DNA from: Sulfolobales archaeon HS-7
Lineage (GTDB): Archaea; Thermoproteota; Thermoprotei_A; Sulfolobales; Sulfolobaceae
DNA length: 64,000 nucleotides
Direction of reading: 5' to 3'
Assembly: GCA_019704295.1 (NCBI GenBank)
Contig: AP024596.1
Coordinates: forward strand, 1,440,001 to 1,504,000
Made by a program: the position numbers and the translations under genes. The notes under the pieces were generated by a model. That model made no database searches. It was not told the DNA's origin and worked only from the letters and a program-made list of their open reading frames with translations. Shown piece by piece: positions 40,530 through 51,397 of the stretch; the first letter of the stretch is position 1, and each line of letters opens with the position of its first letter.

Positions 40530-42704
40530 TCACCAGAGAATCGCTGTTTCGTTCTTAAGCCTTCTAAACCCCGTGTCCTTATCGTAATACTTTTCCAGGT
40601 CCTCCCTTTTCAGCAAGTACCAACCCAACTCCTCATCCAGTTCCAGGGGAGGTTCATCCCATGCCCTGACCACGTATTGTTCAGCCAACCCCCTCTGCAC
40701 CTTTAGCAAGGCCCTTCTCTGATACCCCCTCTGCTTAAGCACCTCCTTCAGCTCCTTCAGAACTTTCTCCGCCTCCTCATCAACGTTTACGTAAACTGAG
40801 TATTTGGGTTCCTCCTTAATTACCTTTAGCTCCACCTCCCCGTAGTTCAAATCCGTTATCTCCTTCTCTAGGTTCTCCCATTCCTTGGTACGAAAGTCGC
40901 TATACCTTCTCCTAATCTCCTCGTAAAACCTTCCCAAAATTGACGAAATGTCCCTTTCATTGAACCCCTTTTCCCAACCCTTCAGTGTGGACAGAGTTAC
41001 CTCTTCGCTCAGTTTACCGTATATAAGAGAGAAATCGGTGGAATTGACGTTCTCCCTCTTTACCCTAGTTAGGATGACCTCTCCTGTCTCTCCGTAATTC
41101 CTGTTAATCCTTCCAGCCGTTTGTACCACGGCATCAATAGGCCCTAAGTCCCTGTAACCTCTTCTGAAGTCAATGTCCACACCTGCTTCAACCATTTGAG
41201 TTGTCACCAGTATTACCCTTTCCCCCTTCTCAATCTTACTCTTGATGCGCTCTATCCGCCTCCACCTCTCTAAGGGCACTATCCTAGTGGAGAGGAAGTA
41301 AGGTTTCTCTCCCCTGTCTCTGAGGACTTTGAAAACTCTTTCCGCCGATTCAATTGTGTTAAGCTCTATCATAGTCGAAGTTCTCACGTCAATTCCCGCC
41401 GCAAGTTCCTCCGGAGTCTCCACCTGATCGAATTTCCTAAACCTGACAACGTACCTGTCTGGAACGGTCGTAACAGGTCTTTCCGGTTCTACGCTAAGAG
41501 GAGGTGTAGCCGTCATCATGAGGATCTCAACGTTAAGGTGTTTCGTCATTTCCTCCAACCCCTTCTTGATGATACCCAGGTATTCCAGGGGAAGTGCCTG
41601 GACCTCGTCTAGGATTAGGAAAGAGTTTGAGAGGTTGTGTAACCTTTTCAAGTTGGAGTTCTTGGGGGAGAAAAGGGTTGCCAGTAGGGCCTCAAAGGTA
41701 GTGACAATGAAGGGAGAATCCCAGCTCTCCGCCAACATGAGTTGCGACTCTAAGTCCCTTGTCTCATCTGCCCCTTTCTTCTGGGTGAAAGCCAGGTGAT
41801 GGAACTTCATGACGTTCTCCTCACTCAGAATGTCGGATAGAACCCTCCAGTTCTGCTCTATTATGCTAATGAAGGGTAGGGAGTACACTACCCTCCTTCT
41901 CCCTCCCTTCAGAGCCACTAGGGAACCCGCTAATGTCTTCCCGCTACCCGTAGGGGCAACCAGCGTTATGAAGGGAGACTCTTGAACGTAGTTTAAAGCC
42001 CAATTCCTAAGTTCCTCTCTCATTCCTCTAATTTGAGGGTTTGGTGAGGTAAGGCTTCTTATGTGCCTTTCAAGGATTTTGTAATCAGGTAGCGGTAGAC
42101 CTCTCTCCTCCACGTTACCTGCACTGTGTTTATCCGCATCGATCAGTGATGAAAAGATGAGTAGGCCCTCCAGATACTCCTTCCACCCCTTATCCCTAAG
42201 AACAGCATTCGTTACTTTCCTATATCCTTGCCTAAGGAGTTCCTCAAGCGAGGGGAGATCTGCGGGAACCCACTCAACTTCCTCTCTGATAGTAGACCAC
42301 TTGGACTTGATATCCTGATATTGTTTTACTAAACAAGTTTGGGGGTTTCCGATGTTATCCCTGTTATTTCTAAGTACATCGCGGTAATCCCTCAGACCCC
42401 TTAGGTAACCGTGATGGGAGTACACGGAAATCGCTGACAGCACTGAGTATAGGTCGTCCTTCACAGTGTAAAGGGTAATTATTGATGAAAAGAGGGCGTG
42501 ATCTGAACAGTCGACCCTCCTCTGATCAAGCAGGTGCTCCTGAAAAAAGCGGGAGTACTTTCCTATATCGTGAAGTCCGCCTGCCATAAAGGCGAATTCC
42601 GCCAGATCCTCTCTACCCGCATCAGTTATTCTTCTCCTTGCTCCCTCCCCCACTTCCCTCAAGTGTACTCTAATTTCCTTATCAGGATGACTGTAAAACT
42701 TCAC
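40530..42704 (-). CDS. cas3: Cas3 (HD nuclease-helicase fusion)
   Basis: LHDIGK, SHHG, LIDAD, APTGSGKT, DEVQ, TQMVEAGVDID, QTAGRINR. Confidence 0.96.
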   Translation of the reverse strand: MKFYSHPDKEIRVHLREVGEGARRRITDAGREDLAEFAFMAGGLHDIGKYSRFFQEHLLDQRRVDCSDHALFSSIITLYTVKDDLYSVLSAISVYSHHGYLRGLRDYRDVLRNNRDNIGNPQTCLVKQYQDIKSKWSTIREEVEWVPADLPSLEELLRQGYRKVTNAVLRDKGWKEYLEGLLIFSSLIDADKHSAGNVEERGLPLPDYKILERHIRSLTSPNPQIRGMREELRNWALNYVQESPFITLVAPTGSGKTLAGSLVALKGGRRRVVYSLPFISIIEQNWRVLSDILSEENVMKFHHLAFTQKKGADETRDLESQLMLAESWDSPFIVTTFEALLATLFSPKNSNLKRLHNLSNSFLILDEVQALPLEYLGIIKKGLEEMTKHLNVEILMMTATPPLSVEPERPVTTVPDRYVVRFRKFDQVETPEELAAGIDVRTSTMIELNTIESAERVFKVLRDRGEKPYFLSTRIVPLERWRRIERIKSKIEKGERVILVTTQMVEAGVDIDFRRGYRDLGPIDAVVQTAGRINRNYGETGEVILTRVKRENVNSTDFSLIYGKLSEEVTLSTLKGWEKGFNERDISSILGRFYEEIRRRYSDFRTKEWENLEKEITDLNYGEVELKVIKEEPKYSVYVNVDEEAEKVLKELKEVLKQRGYQRRALLKVQRGLAEQYVVRAWDEPPLELDEELGWYLLKREDLEKYYDKDTGFRRLKNETAILW

Positions 42705-43560
42705 ATAATGAACAGGAAGGGAGAGGAAAAAAACTTTTCGTGAACGCTCGTGGTCAGAAGGTTAAGATCACTTCGTTGCCCCTTAGTTACCTATCTTAAA
42801 TGCGTTTGAGGTATTCCCTCAACTTAAAACCATTCAGCGCGTGGAAGAAAAACGTGGTAAGGCCCTGGTAATGATGAAATTCCCGTTCATGACAAAGGAT
42901 GAGACAAAAACCGATTGGAAATTCATTACAACTGTAGGTTACGCATATTACGTAAAAGCGCTTACTTCGCCTTCCTCAATCTCTCATAATTAGGGTTAAC
43001 GAGTAACAAGGGTACTTTACGAACTTGATCTGACCAGGGTGAAAAATCCATTGCCGCATAGGTGGGTCTACCCAGGGGTTTACTTGTTACATTCCTGACG
43101 TTCGAGAACTGCGGAGTACAGGGCCGCGTAAATTAGCAAAACCTCATGCAGATTTGTTGAGGTAATTGAAGATCCTTGTCCATTTTACTAAACCCATCAG
43201 AATACCTTGAAAAACTAATCACGACTTGCTTAATTAACACTAGGCAAACTAAAGAGTATTTAAATTATCCTAAAATTATGATAGTATATTATCTAACTTC
43301 AATAATAAAAGGAAACCCATAAAGGGCTTTCCGTAATCTTTAAGGGGAAAGTTAAAAATTAACCCTAGAGTTCAGCTCATACCAAGGCCTAATGGTTTAA
43401 CCAGGAAGTACAAAGGAGTTCAATTTCTTGTAACCTTCCGCGTGTTTACTGAGTTAAGATGCTCTCATCTCTTTCAGATTGACGTCTAAGCCTGGTTCTA
43501 GTGTTATTACTCCCTATTGATCTCTTTGAAGACATTACGCGTTAACTGGAATAGTGATCT

Positions 43561-43818
43561 TCATAAAACGTTGGACGGCCCTTTCTCCTCTCCAAGAATT
43601 TCCCTCTTCAGCGTTCTTTTAGATTCCGTTAAGTAAATTATAACTGAATCCCCTTCCCTCATTATTTGACGTAATTCCTCTTTTAGGGAGTAGAGCTTAC
43701 CCTCGGATATTTCCCCTTCAAATACCGACCTTTGAACCCAGGCAAGGTATTTCCTACAGATGTTAAGCGCTTTGTTTACCCGACTTTCATCAAAATCGTA
43801 AACCAGTACTACGTACAC
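43561..43818 (-). CDS. cas2: Cas2
   Basis: YVVLVYD...WVQRSVFEGEIS...DSVIIY. Confidence 0.95.
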   Translation of the reverse strand: MYVVLVYDFDESRVNKALNICRKYLAWVQRSVFEGEISEGKLYSLKEELRQIMREGDSVIIYLTESKRTLKREILGEEKGPSNVL

Positions 43819-44007
43819 TATAATTAATATGTAAATTTAATTTATACTGATTTCGCATTTTCCGATAGGTAGGACAATTTACAATTATTTTTGTTATCTT
43901 GGGGTAAATAAGATATTCGTACTGACGTTTTACCCTAGGATGGAGTATGTTCTAAAACATTGAACCAGCTGAGCATGATGTTAGTCCTAATATTTGTATT
44001 AAGGTTG

Positions 44008-44037
44008 GTTTCAAGCCCTCATAGGAAAGCTATAAAC
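44008..44037 (-). CRISPR. Orphan repeat, probably the distal end of array 3 cut off by the plasmid insertion
   Basis: GTTTCAAGCCCTCATAGGAAAGCTATAAAC, one mismatch to consensus, same orientation as array 3. Confidence 0.9.
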
Positions 44038-44201
44038 CCGGGCCATAGGCATAAGAGACTAGATAATGTTCCAATAAAATGTAAAAAAACGCTTTGTGTT
44101 GCATATTTAAACTGAAGTAGAACTAACATGTGAAAGAAAAGTAGAATAGAATAATAGCAGAAATCGGTCAGCGTTTCAAAGCATTAACTCCTTAGTTAAC
44201 G

Positions 44202-44471
44202 CTAAATGTTGATTTCCTCAAGCCTCATCATGCTTACGCAGTATAATCTTATCCTTTTCCCATTTGGGGTCCTAAGCCCTCTTCTCGTTATGTGATCCTC
44301 TTTAGCTAGTCTACTTAGTACTACCTTAGCATTGTTTTCATCTATATTTACATCTCTACAAATTTCGTCAAGCGTCTCACAGTTGTTTCGTGCTAAGTAA
44401 AATGGTATAATTCTCCACATGTTCATATCATAATTTAGGCTAGGTAGGATTACAAAAATGTTACCCTTCAT
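44202..44471 (-). CDS. plrA: PlrA-like plasmid DNA-binding protein (true start probably later; may be decaying)
   Basis: CETLDEI...NAKVVLSRLAKE..I.R....GKRIRLYC matches the PlrA pattern. Confidence 0.75.
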   Translation of the reverse strand: MKGNIFVILPSLNYDMNMWRIIPFYLARNNCETLDEICRDVNIDENNAKVVLSRLAKEDHITRRGLRTPNGKRIRLYCVSMMRLEEINI

Positions 44472-44650
44472 GGAGACGTGGAAAACCGCTTTCCCAAACC
44501 CTTTTTAGTAGGATTACAAATTTGTAACACTCTCACTATTAACGCAAGAGTCTGCCCAAACGAGAGAAAAATCAGGGATCCGGGCAGGATTAATTATCTA
44601 TCTTCTAGCGATTATACTGGAGATCATAAAATTTTCTAAAAGATGAAATT

Positions 44651-45724
44651 TTACTCTGAAACTTCAACGACTCTCCTTCTTAGAAGTGTCTCAGCTACTT
44701 TATCAGTTATTATTTTAATTAAATCTTCAACACGTGACTTATCTACTATAAATTTCTTGTTCTGCTCATCAAATTCTACTTTTAACTCCCTTTGAGTTTT
44801 ATTTTCATATTCATTCTTTACTTTTTCTATAATCTTAGGGTCGGTATTTAGATTTTGTTCGATTTCGGTTATGCCATTTTTTACAACTTTGTTTAGATTC
44901 CTTAATTGTAATGGGTCTACCTCTCTCAAACCTCTTTCGAATGCATCCGCGTTATCAACAATATTTATTACCTTTTTAAAGTTTGGCTCCTTCTTCAAGT
45001 TATTTATATAATAATCAACAAGCATTTTCTTAAAATTACTATCCTTTTGAAACTTCGATAGCGTAAAAATGATTATCTTACCTTTATAATATGTGAACAG
45101 AATATTCTTTTCTAGAATTATATAATCCTTAATATTTACTGCTTCGTAGGTGTCTTTAGACTTAAAAAAGTGTAAAATGCTAAGGTTTTTTAAAATAATA
45201 TTTCTATCAAATTTACTAAATATTAATATGTCATCCCCGCCTTCATCACTAAGTTTGAATGCTACATATTTAGTATTCTTCGTGTCGTTCTCCGGGCTAA
45301 ACTTTTCGTCAGTAGGAGGGTTCGCATTCTTGATCATTTGAATTAATTTCATAATATCACTCTCAGTATTATAGGATCCACTCTGTTGAGAAGTATTTGC
45401 TTGAATTTGAGAAGCAGCTTGAATTTGGGGGTCAGAAGATAAAATATCGAGATCTATATAGCATGGTTTTTTAGACTCAAAGTCAGCACATTCATTAATA
45501 ATATTCTCTTTTTCTAGTTTTGTAGATATTTTTTCTCTTATGTAAATAAAATTATTCCTACTTCCTCTCTCAATATTTATATACTTAGCTTCATATGTTA
45601 CACCTTTATCACTTACTCCTCCTTTAGTTCTTACAAAGAAGTATATTTCCTTGAGTTTATCTTCTAAATCAATTTTATTAGTAGCCTCGACTAAATCTTT
45701 TCCAGAGTAGCCCTCTTTGTTCAT
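44651..45724 (-). CDS. kwaB: Kiwa KwaB-like (DUF4868-like) protein
   Basis: 357-aa soluble AT-rich ORF directly downstream of the KwaA-like gene; size and C-terminal LIKIITDKVAETLL resemble KwaB. Assignment rests mainly on context. Confidence 0.6.
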   Translation of the reverse strand: MNKEGYSGKDLVEATNKIDLEDKLKEIYFFVRTKGGVSDKGVTYEAKYINIERGSRNNFIYIREKISTKLEKENIINECADFESKKPCYIDLDILSSDPQIQAASQIQANTSQQSGSYNTESDIMKLIQMIKNANPPTDEKFSPENDTKNTKYVAFKLSDEGGDDILIFSKFDRNIILKNLSILHFFKSKDTYEAVNIKDYIILEKNILFTYYKGKIIIFTLSKFQKDSNFKKMLVDYYINNLKKEPNFKKVINIVDNADAFERGLREVDPLQLRNLNKVVKNGITEIEQNLNTDPKIIEKVKNEYENKTQRELKVEFDEQNKKFIVDKSRVEDLIKIITDKVAETLLRRRVVEVSE

Positions 45725-45731
45725 TAACCTC

Positions 45732-46319
45732 TTATTCTTTATACTTTTTGTCTAAATAAATATTCTGATATAGGCGGAAAACTTCAACTATTTTACCCTC
45801 CTGTACCATCCCCTCATATATAATATAGACCGATCTGTTATGCTCCTGTACCTTCACCTTGTAAACTCTATAACCACTTATGAAAAGAATAGGGTTAAAG
45901 AGGAGCACTTCGCTGTTCTTGAATAATTCATATATAAAAACCATAATTAAGAAAAAGACTACTAGTCCATATATGTTGGCTTGGAATGTAGATATTAGCC
46001 CAAGTACGTAACTCATTATGACATTAGTATAGTTAATACTTAAGTCTTCTACCTCGGTAATGGTATATTTGAAAGATTCATCATTTCTGTTAGAGCTCAA
46101 GAACTTAAAGTAAAGATAGTTAGAAACAACTAACCATAAAATCACTATTAAGTAGATTATTAGAATTAGAATCCATGGAATTTGTAAGCTAAAGTTTTCT
46201 ATTGTAAATCTAAGCGAAGATGTTAGAATATACCTAAAATAATTTATCATAACTGCTATAAATAGTAATGTATACTCGCTTGTAAATAGTGCCAATGAAT
46301 TTAAATCAACCCTAGTCAT
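45732..46319 (-). CDS. kwaA: Kiwa KwaA-like membrane protein
   Basis: 195 aa with four hydrophobic segments, a YVLGLI segment and the C-terminal LFNPILFISGYRVYKV motif (NPxLxxxGYrxY), typical of KwaA. Confidence 0.7.
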   Translation of the reverse strand: MTRVDLNSLALFTSEYTLLFIAVMINYFRYILTSSLRFTIENFSLQIPWILILIIYLIVILWLVVSNYLYFKFLSSNRNDESFKYTITEVEDLSINYTNVIMSYVLGLISTFQANIYGLVVFFLIMVFIYELFKNSEVLLFNPILFISGYRVYKVKVQEHNRSVYIIYEGMVQEGKIVEVFRLYQNIYLDKKYKE

Positions 46320-46759
46320 GGTGCTAATTACTCTCTGATCATATAGAGTAATAAACTAGTTTTAGTTGTGAATTTTCTCGCCACTAAATTGTGGGAGTTA
46401 ACAGAATTTATTTCACGTATCATTTTTGACGACTAGACATATCTACTCTGTTAGTTCAATTTTCCTAAATTAGATGAGAAAAATAGTAAGTCCCCACTAG
46501 TACGATAATGTCAATAACTAGAAGATATACTGTAATCATGGATAGTGCAAAAAGTCTTGTATCCCAATCCGTGTATTCGTCACTTACAATATCGTCAGGA
46601 AGTACTATAGATATTCCGGAAATATCTAGAATTATAATAAATTCCATTGGGTTCATTATTTCATCTCAGTGGGCAAGAGCATTTCGTATTACCAGTAACG
46701 TGTTGAAAATCTGTAATTCCTCTACTGTAGGCAAAATCTTTATAGGCAGCTTATAGTTT

Positions 46760-47593
46760 CCGTCTCTTTCATTATCTTTATGACCCTATTCTCCAGGTCT
46801 ATTTGATTCATCTTAAGCGAGAATACTTCTCCTACCCTGAGCCCACTCTACGCCAATAATAGGAAGACAGGCTTAGTCCCTAAATGGTCTATGCTATCGA
46901 ATATCTCCCTTAAAGTCTCTAGAGAAAGCGGCTGCGGTGTTGTATCTGTACTTTGACTTAGGCACTTTGAAGGAATTATGAAGTAATTGAGCTAAGTGTA
47001 AGTTCTTTTCTCTTATAATAGTCTTAATAAATAACTTTAGGGAATAGCAGCATGCCTAGCTATATTGTTGCTTTCTTCAACCTAGTTCAGCTAATAGGTC
47101 CCGGAACCTGTCAGGGTTCAATTCATATCCTAGCCTTGTAACTCTAAGCCTTAAATACCTCATCCTCATAGCCATCGTACTCTTACTCTTGCCCTGGAGT
47201 GATTTTTCGAACTTGTTTACATCATCTTCAGTAACAATATACGTAGAAGATACATTCTTCAGATAACCTCCTAAACATTGATAGAGAATTGAGACAAAGA
47301 AATTACGGAACTTTTCGTCTTTCATCGCTTTTATAACCACTGACAAGGCAGTCGTAACGTCTACTTCCACTAATTTCAACCCGTAAATAGCATCTGAAAG
47401 TTTATCTGGTGCCGGCATATCTGCAGCCTTTCTTACTACCTCCAAAGGATATTCTGGTCCGTGTTCACGTACCTGAATAGAGTACTCCTACCTACTCCTG
47501 ACTGCTTTGAAGCTTTTGCTAGCCTAGTTCTTCTTCTACTTTCTTTAGTATCCTCCTCCGTTTCTCATCTAATTTTGATACGTCAATTAGCAT
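46760..47593 (-). pseudogene. pNOB8-type tyrosine integrase pseudogene (frameshifted, C-terminally truncated)
   Basis: MLIDVSKLDE..., GVGRSTLFRYVN (HTH), LSVVIKAMKDEKFRNFF, ...GLRVGEVFSLKMNQIDLENRVIKIMK. The distal catalytic HxxR/Y region is missing. Confidence 0.88.
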
Positions 47594-47703
47594 ATTTCTC
47601 TATCCTACTTATAAGAAAGTGACGCTTTTCCAAAAATAAGGTTTTGTGTTTTACTTACGCCTTTATAAAGAGAACGCGACGTACTTTCAATTTCAGGGAG
47701 AAT

Positions 47704-47747
47704 TGGTGCCGCGGCCGGGATTTGAACCCGGGTCACAGACTTGAGAG
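47704..47747 (-). other. att site: 3' half of tRNA-Glu(CTC), not a full tRNA
   Basis: Minus strand reads CTCTCAAGTCTGTGACCCGGGTTCAAATCCCGGCCGCGGCACCA (anticodon loop, T arm, acceptor strand, CCA). No 5' half; lies just upstream of the integrase. Confidence 0.88.
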
Positions 47748-47765
47748 AGCTTATTCGTTTTCTGA

Positions 47766-49386
47766 GTTTCAAGCCCTCTTAGGAAAGCTACAAACTGCAA
47801 ATATAGCGAAGTTTGTGGAGTCTGGAAAAATCCTCATAGGAAAGCTACAAACCAGGGGCGTGACCGTTGAACTCCGTAGACTGCGTGTTGTTTCAAGCCC
47901 TCATAGGAAAGCTACAAACGAGCCGAAAAGTATGATCTTCTTTATGGTCTCATTCTGTTTCAAGCCCTCATAGGAAAGCTACAAACAAATAAAGGAGATA
48001 GTCTGTTATGGTTAAAGTCCTAACTGGTTTCAAGCACTCATAGGAAAGCTACAAACGGTTCTATCTTGAACAATTAAGCTATATTCACACTGTTTCAAGC
48101 ACTCATAGGAAAGCTACAAACGGTTCTATCTTGAACAATTAAGCTATATTCACACTGTTTCAAGCCCTCATAGGAAAGCTACAACTAGCCCTTCTTTTGC
48201 CATTTCGCTTAAGTCTTTTTCGTTTCAAGCCCTCATAGGAAAGCTACAAACTTAGCAGGAGTATACGTTGGACATATGGTAGGATGGTGTTTCAAGCCCT
48301 CATAGGAAAGCTACAAACTCGTGCCAAAAGATCTAGAAGTTTTTCTGAATTTGGTTTCAAGCCCTCTTAGGAAAGCTACAAACAATGTAATGCATGTAAT
48401 TACACGACATATGATTATCTAGTTTCAAGCCCTCTTAGGAAAGCTACAAACCTCTAAAGAGTTGGAGGAATAGCGTAATGTGTCCTGTTGGTTTTAAGCC
48501 CTCTTAGGAAAGCTACAAACGTCCAATGCGTACAAGGGACAGGAACCGGCGGCATAGTTTCAAGCCCTCTTAGGAAAGCTACAAACATTTTACGTTTTTT
48601 TCACAAAATGATAGATTAATTGGTTTCAAGCCCTCATAGGAAAGCTACAAACATGTACACTATTGCTCTCGATTACTTAATACAGGAGACGTTTCAAGCC
48701 CTCATAGGAAAGCTACAAACATATGAAAGTGCTATATGTCGGATATCTATTTTTTTGTTTCAAGCCCTCTTAGGAAAGCTACAAACTTTTTGAAATTGTG
48801 GAGAAGGGCGATATTGATATACGTTTCAAGCCCTCTTAGGAAAGCTACAAACCAAATTCTTGTGAAACAGGCAAAAATATCGGTGGAATGTTTCAAGCCC
48901 TCTTAGGAAAGCTACAAACACAACTAATCTTCCACCGCTCTATGTGGAGGACGCTGGTTTCAAGCCCTCTTAGGAAAGCTACAAACACATAGGTGTGATC
49001 ATGCCGTTGCCCGGTCTTGCTAGTTTCAAGCCCTCTTAGGAAAGCTACAAACACATAGGGTGTTACGATCTTTCTGTTTTTGAAGCTGGTTTCAAGCCCT
49101 CTTAGGAAAGCTACAAACTCTTAGAAGCACAGCAGAAGATGTACCAGGAGTACTGTTTCAAGCCCTCTTAGGAAAGCTACAAACTCGGAAGCATAACGCT
49201 ATAGTAACTCTGCCATTCTTCGTTTCAAGCCCTCTTAGGAAAGCTACAAACTCGGTAATTAATATCGGTCCAGTGTCTTTCAGCGTTTTAGTTTCAAGCC
49301 CTCTTAGGAAAGCTACAAACTGATACTAAGGATAAACTAATGATTCAAATTCATAAGTTTCAAGCCCTCTTAGGAAAGCTACAAAC
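47766..49386 (-). CRISPR. CRISPR array 3: about 25 repeats, one truncated at about 47832
   Basis: Same repeat family; leader-proximal copies carry CTCTTAGG instead of CTCATAGG. Leader on the right. Confidence 0.97.
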
Positions 49387-49560
49387 ACTCATTGTTTTGT
49401 CCTTTCTCATTCATAAATTTTTCGGTATCAAATTCGGCAATCTCGCTCTCCCTAGAGGTTACGTGAGGTTGCCGTCGATAATTTACGTCTAAAAATATAT
49501 GTTCTGTTATACATATTTTGGTATTACGTGGGGTTGCCGAATTCTTGTATGAGATAAAAA
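49387..49560 (-). promoter_or_regulatory. Leader of array 3
   Basis: Near-identical to 8410-8583. Confidence 0.92.
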
Positions 49561-49896
49561 ATGAATAAAAAGCTAAACAGAATAAATACCTCCGAACAGA
49601 TTTATTACTCTCCTAAGGTAACGTCCAATCCAACTACACTAAGTCAGACCTTAAGGGTTAAGCGAAAATTTCTCATGAGTCAGAAATAACATGCCTAACT
49701 CCATGGATGACTAGCAATAACAGTTCAGGCGTGCTTCATATCCAAACTAATTACCTTAACCTTTAAGGTCTAACCGACATAACGCTAATAACTTAATAAA
49801 GTAAAAAGTTACAAAACATATTAGCCTGGCCTGAACCGTCATTGAAACGTGATAAAGTACCGAAATATTGTTATATTAGTAAACTGAATTAATTAT

Positions 49897-50403
49897 ATGG
49901 ATATATACCTAGCGCCTGACGTTCCTGTCACAGGTACGCTGATATGGTACCTTCACGTCTGTCCTAGGGAGGTGTGGTTTATGTCGAGGGGGATAACCCC
50001 TTATGCCTACCATAGGAGGTTGGAATATGGTAGAGCCGTACACCAGCGGCATTCTGACACAGTACCCCTATCTCTTGAGGGAATCAAGATCGATAAGTTC
50101 GATAGGGAGAGCAACGTGGTCATAGAGATCAAGTCGATGTCCAGGCATCTGGAGTCGGCTAGAGCCCAGTTGAGCTATTACTTATTCCGCCTAAGCGAAC
50201 TGGGATTGAAGGCTAAAGGTCAAGTCTGGGTACCAGATGAATCGTTAACTGAGGAAATCGACAACTTTAATGAAGATGAGGTGAGGAATGACGTGGAGAA
50301 AGTTAAGGAGATAGTTTCGATGGAAACTCCTCCCCAGCGAAAGTGGATAAAGTTCTGCAAGAAGTGTGCCTACAGGGGTTTGTGCTGGGGTGATGAAAGG
50401 TAA
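49897..50403 (+). CDS. cas4: Cas4
   Basis: VTGTLIWYLHVCPREVW, KID..EIK, QLSYYL, CKKCAYRGLCW. Confidence 0.96.
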   Translation: MDIYLAPDVPVTGTLIWYLHVCPREVWFMSRGITPYAYHRRLEYGRAVHQRHSDTVPLSLEGIKIDKFDRESNVVIEIKSMSRHLESARAQLSYYLFRLSELGLKAKGQVWVPDESLTEEIDNFNEDEVRNDVEKVKEIVSMETPPQRKWIKFCKKCAYRGLCWGDER

Positions 50404-50461
50404 TGGGCTTTAACCTCAAATCTCCACGCTCCAAGGGCGAGACCCTTTGCCTGAACCTGCA

Positions 50462-51397
50462 ATGAAGAGGATTTACATAACGTCGCACGGCACGTTAAAG
50501 CGTAAGTCCAATACCCTGGCCTTCATAACGAAGGAGGGCACGAAGTTCATCCCGATAACTCAGGTTAGGTCAATTTACGCTTTCGGGGAGATCACCGTCA
50601 ATAAGAGAGTTCTCCATTTTCTGAGCAAGTACGGTGTCCCCATCCACTTCTTCTCTAAGAGGTACATAGGTAGCTTCCTACCTAAAAGCACTAATTTGTC
50701 GGGATTCGTACTGATCAAGCAGGTTCAAGCTTACCTCTCCGAAAAGAGGGTGAGGCTTGCCAGGTCTTTCGTGGAGGGTTCGATCAAGAACATGGCTCTA
50801 ATCCTAAGGGAGAACGGGGTGGACAACAGCGGGGTAAGGGGTTTTCTAAACAGGTTAGAAAAGGCCGAGAACGTAAACGAGGTAATGGGAATTGAGGGTT
50901 TGGCAAGGGAGGAGTACTACTCCAAATTGGATAAGGTGTTAGGGGGTTTGCTGGTCAAGAGGACCAGGAGACCTCCGGAGAACTGGGTCAACTCCATAAT
51001 GAGTTTGGGAAATACCATACTTTACATGGAGACACTGGATCAGATTATCCAAACTCAGTTAGATCCGAGGATTGGTTTCCTTCACTCCACTAACCTGAGA
51101 AAGCACAGTCTTAACCTGGACATAGCTGACGTGTTCAAGCCACTTATCGTTGACAGGCTTGTAATTTCCATGGTTAACAGGAAGGAGATTAGGAAGGAAG
51201 ACTTTGAGGCTGAGGGGATTAGGCTTAAGAGGGACGGACTAAGGAAGTTCGTGGCTAAATTCGATGAAAAGCTTGAGACGAGAGTGAAGGTGGGAAGGAG
51301 GAGGTTGTCCTACTCAACCCTGCTTAGGTATGAGGCTTACAAGGTGGAGAGGGACGTGATAGGGGACGCGGTTTACGTTCCGTATACAGCAAGGTAA
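50462..51397 (+). CDS. cas1: Cas1 (I-B type)
   Basis: GTLKRKSNTL, MGIEG, RTRRPPEN..NSIMSLGN, LDPRIGFLH, DIADVFKP. Confidence 0.97.
   Translation: MKRIYITSHGTLKRKSNTLAFITKEGTKFIPITQVRSIYAFGEITVNKRVLHFLSKYGVPIHFFSKRYIGSFLPKSTNLSGFVLIKQVQAYLSEKRVRLARSFVEGSIKNMALILRENGVDNSGVRGFLNRLEKAENVNEVMGIEGLAREEYYSKLDKVLGGLLVKRTRRPPENWVNSIMSLGNTILYMETLDQIIQTQLDPRIGFLHSTNLRKHSLNLDIADVFKPLIVDRLVISMVNRKEIRKEDFEAEGIRLKRDGLRKFVAKFDEKLETRVKVGRRRLSYSTLLRYEAYKVERDVIGDAVYVPYTAR

Larger units (their letters stand above)
44038..47748. mobile_element. Degraded integrated pNOB8-like plasmid element inside CRISPR array 3
   Basis: Carries plrA, an integrase pseudogene and a tRNA-Glu 3' fragment. Its ends form a degenerate 21-bp direct repeat and it is flanked by CRISPR repeats. 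Confidence 0.85.

Noticed and set aside
47704-47747. Functional tRNA-Glu gene
   Set aside because: Only the 3' half is present and the anticodon stem is mutated, so it is treated as an att site.
5775-49386. Self-targeting spacers within the window
   Set aside because: None noticed by eye apart from the att-related spacer; an exhaustive alignment was not possible.
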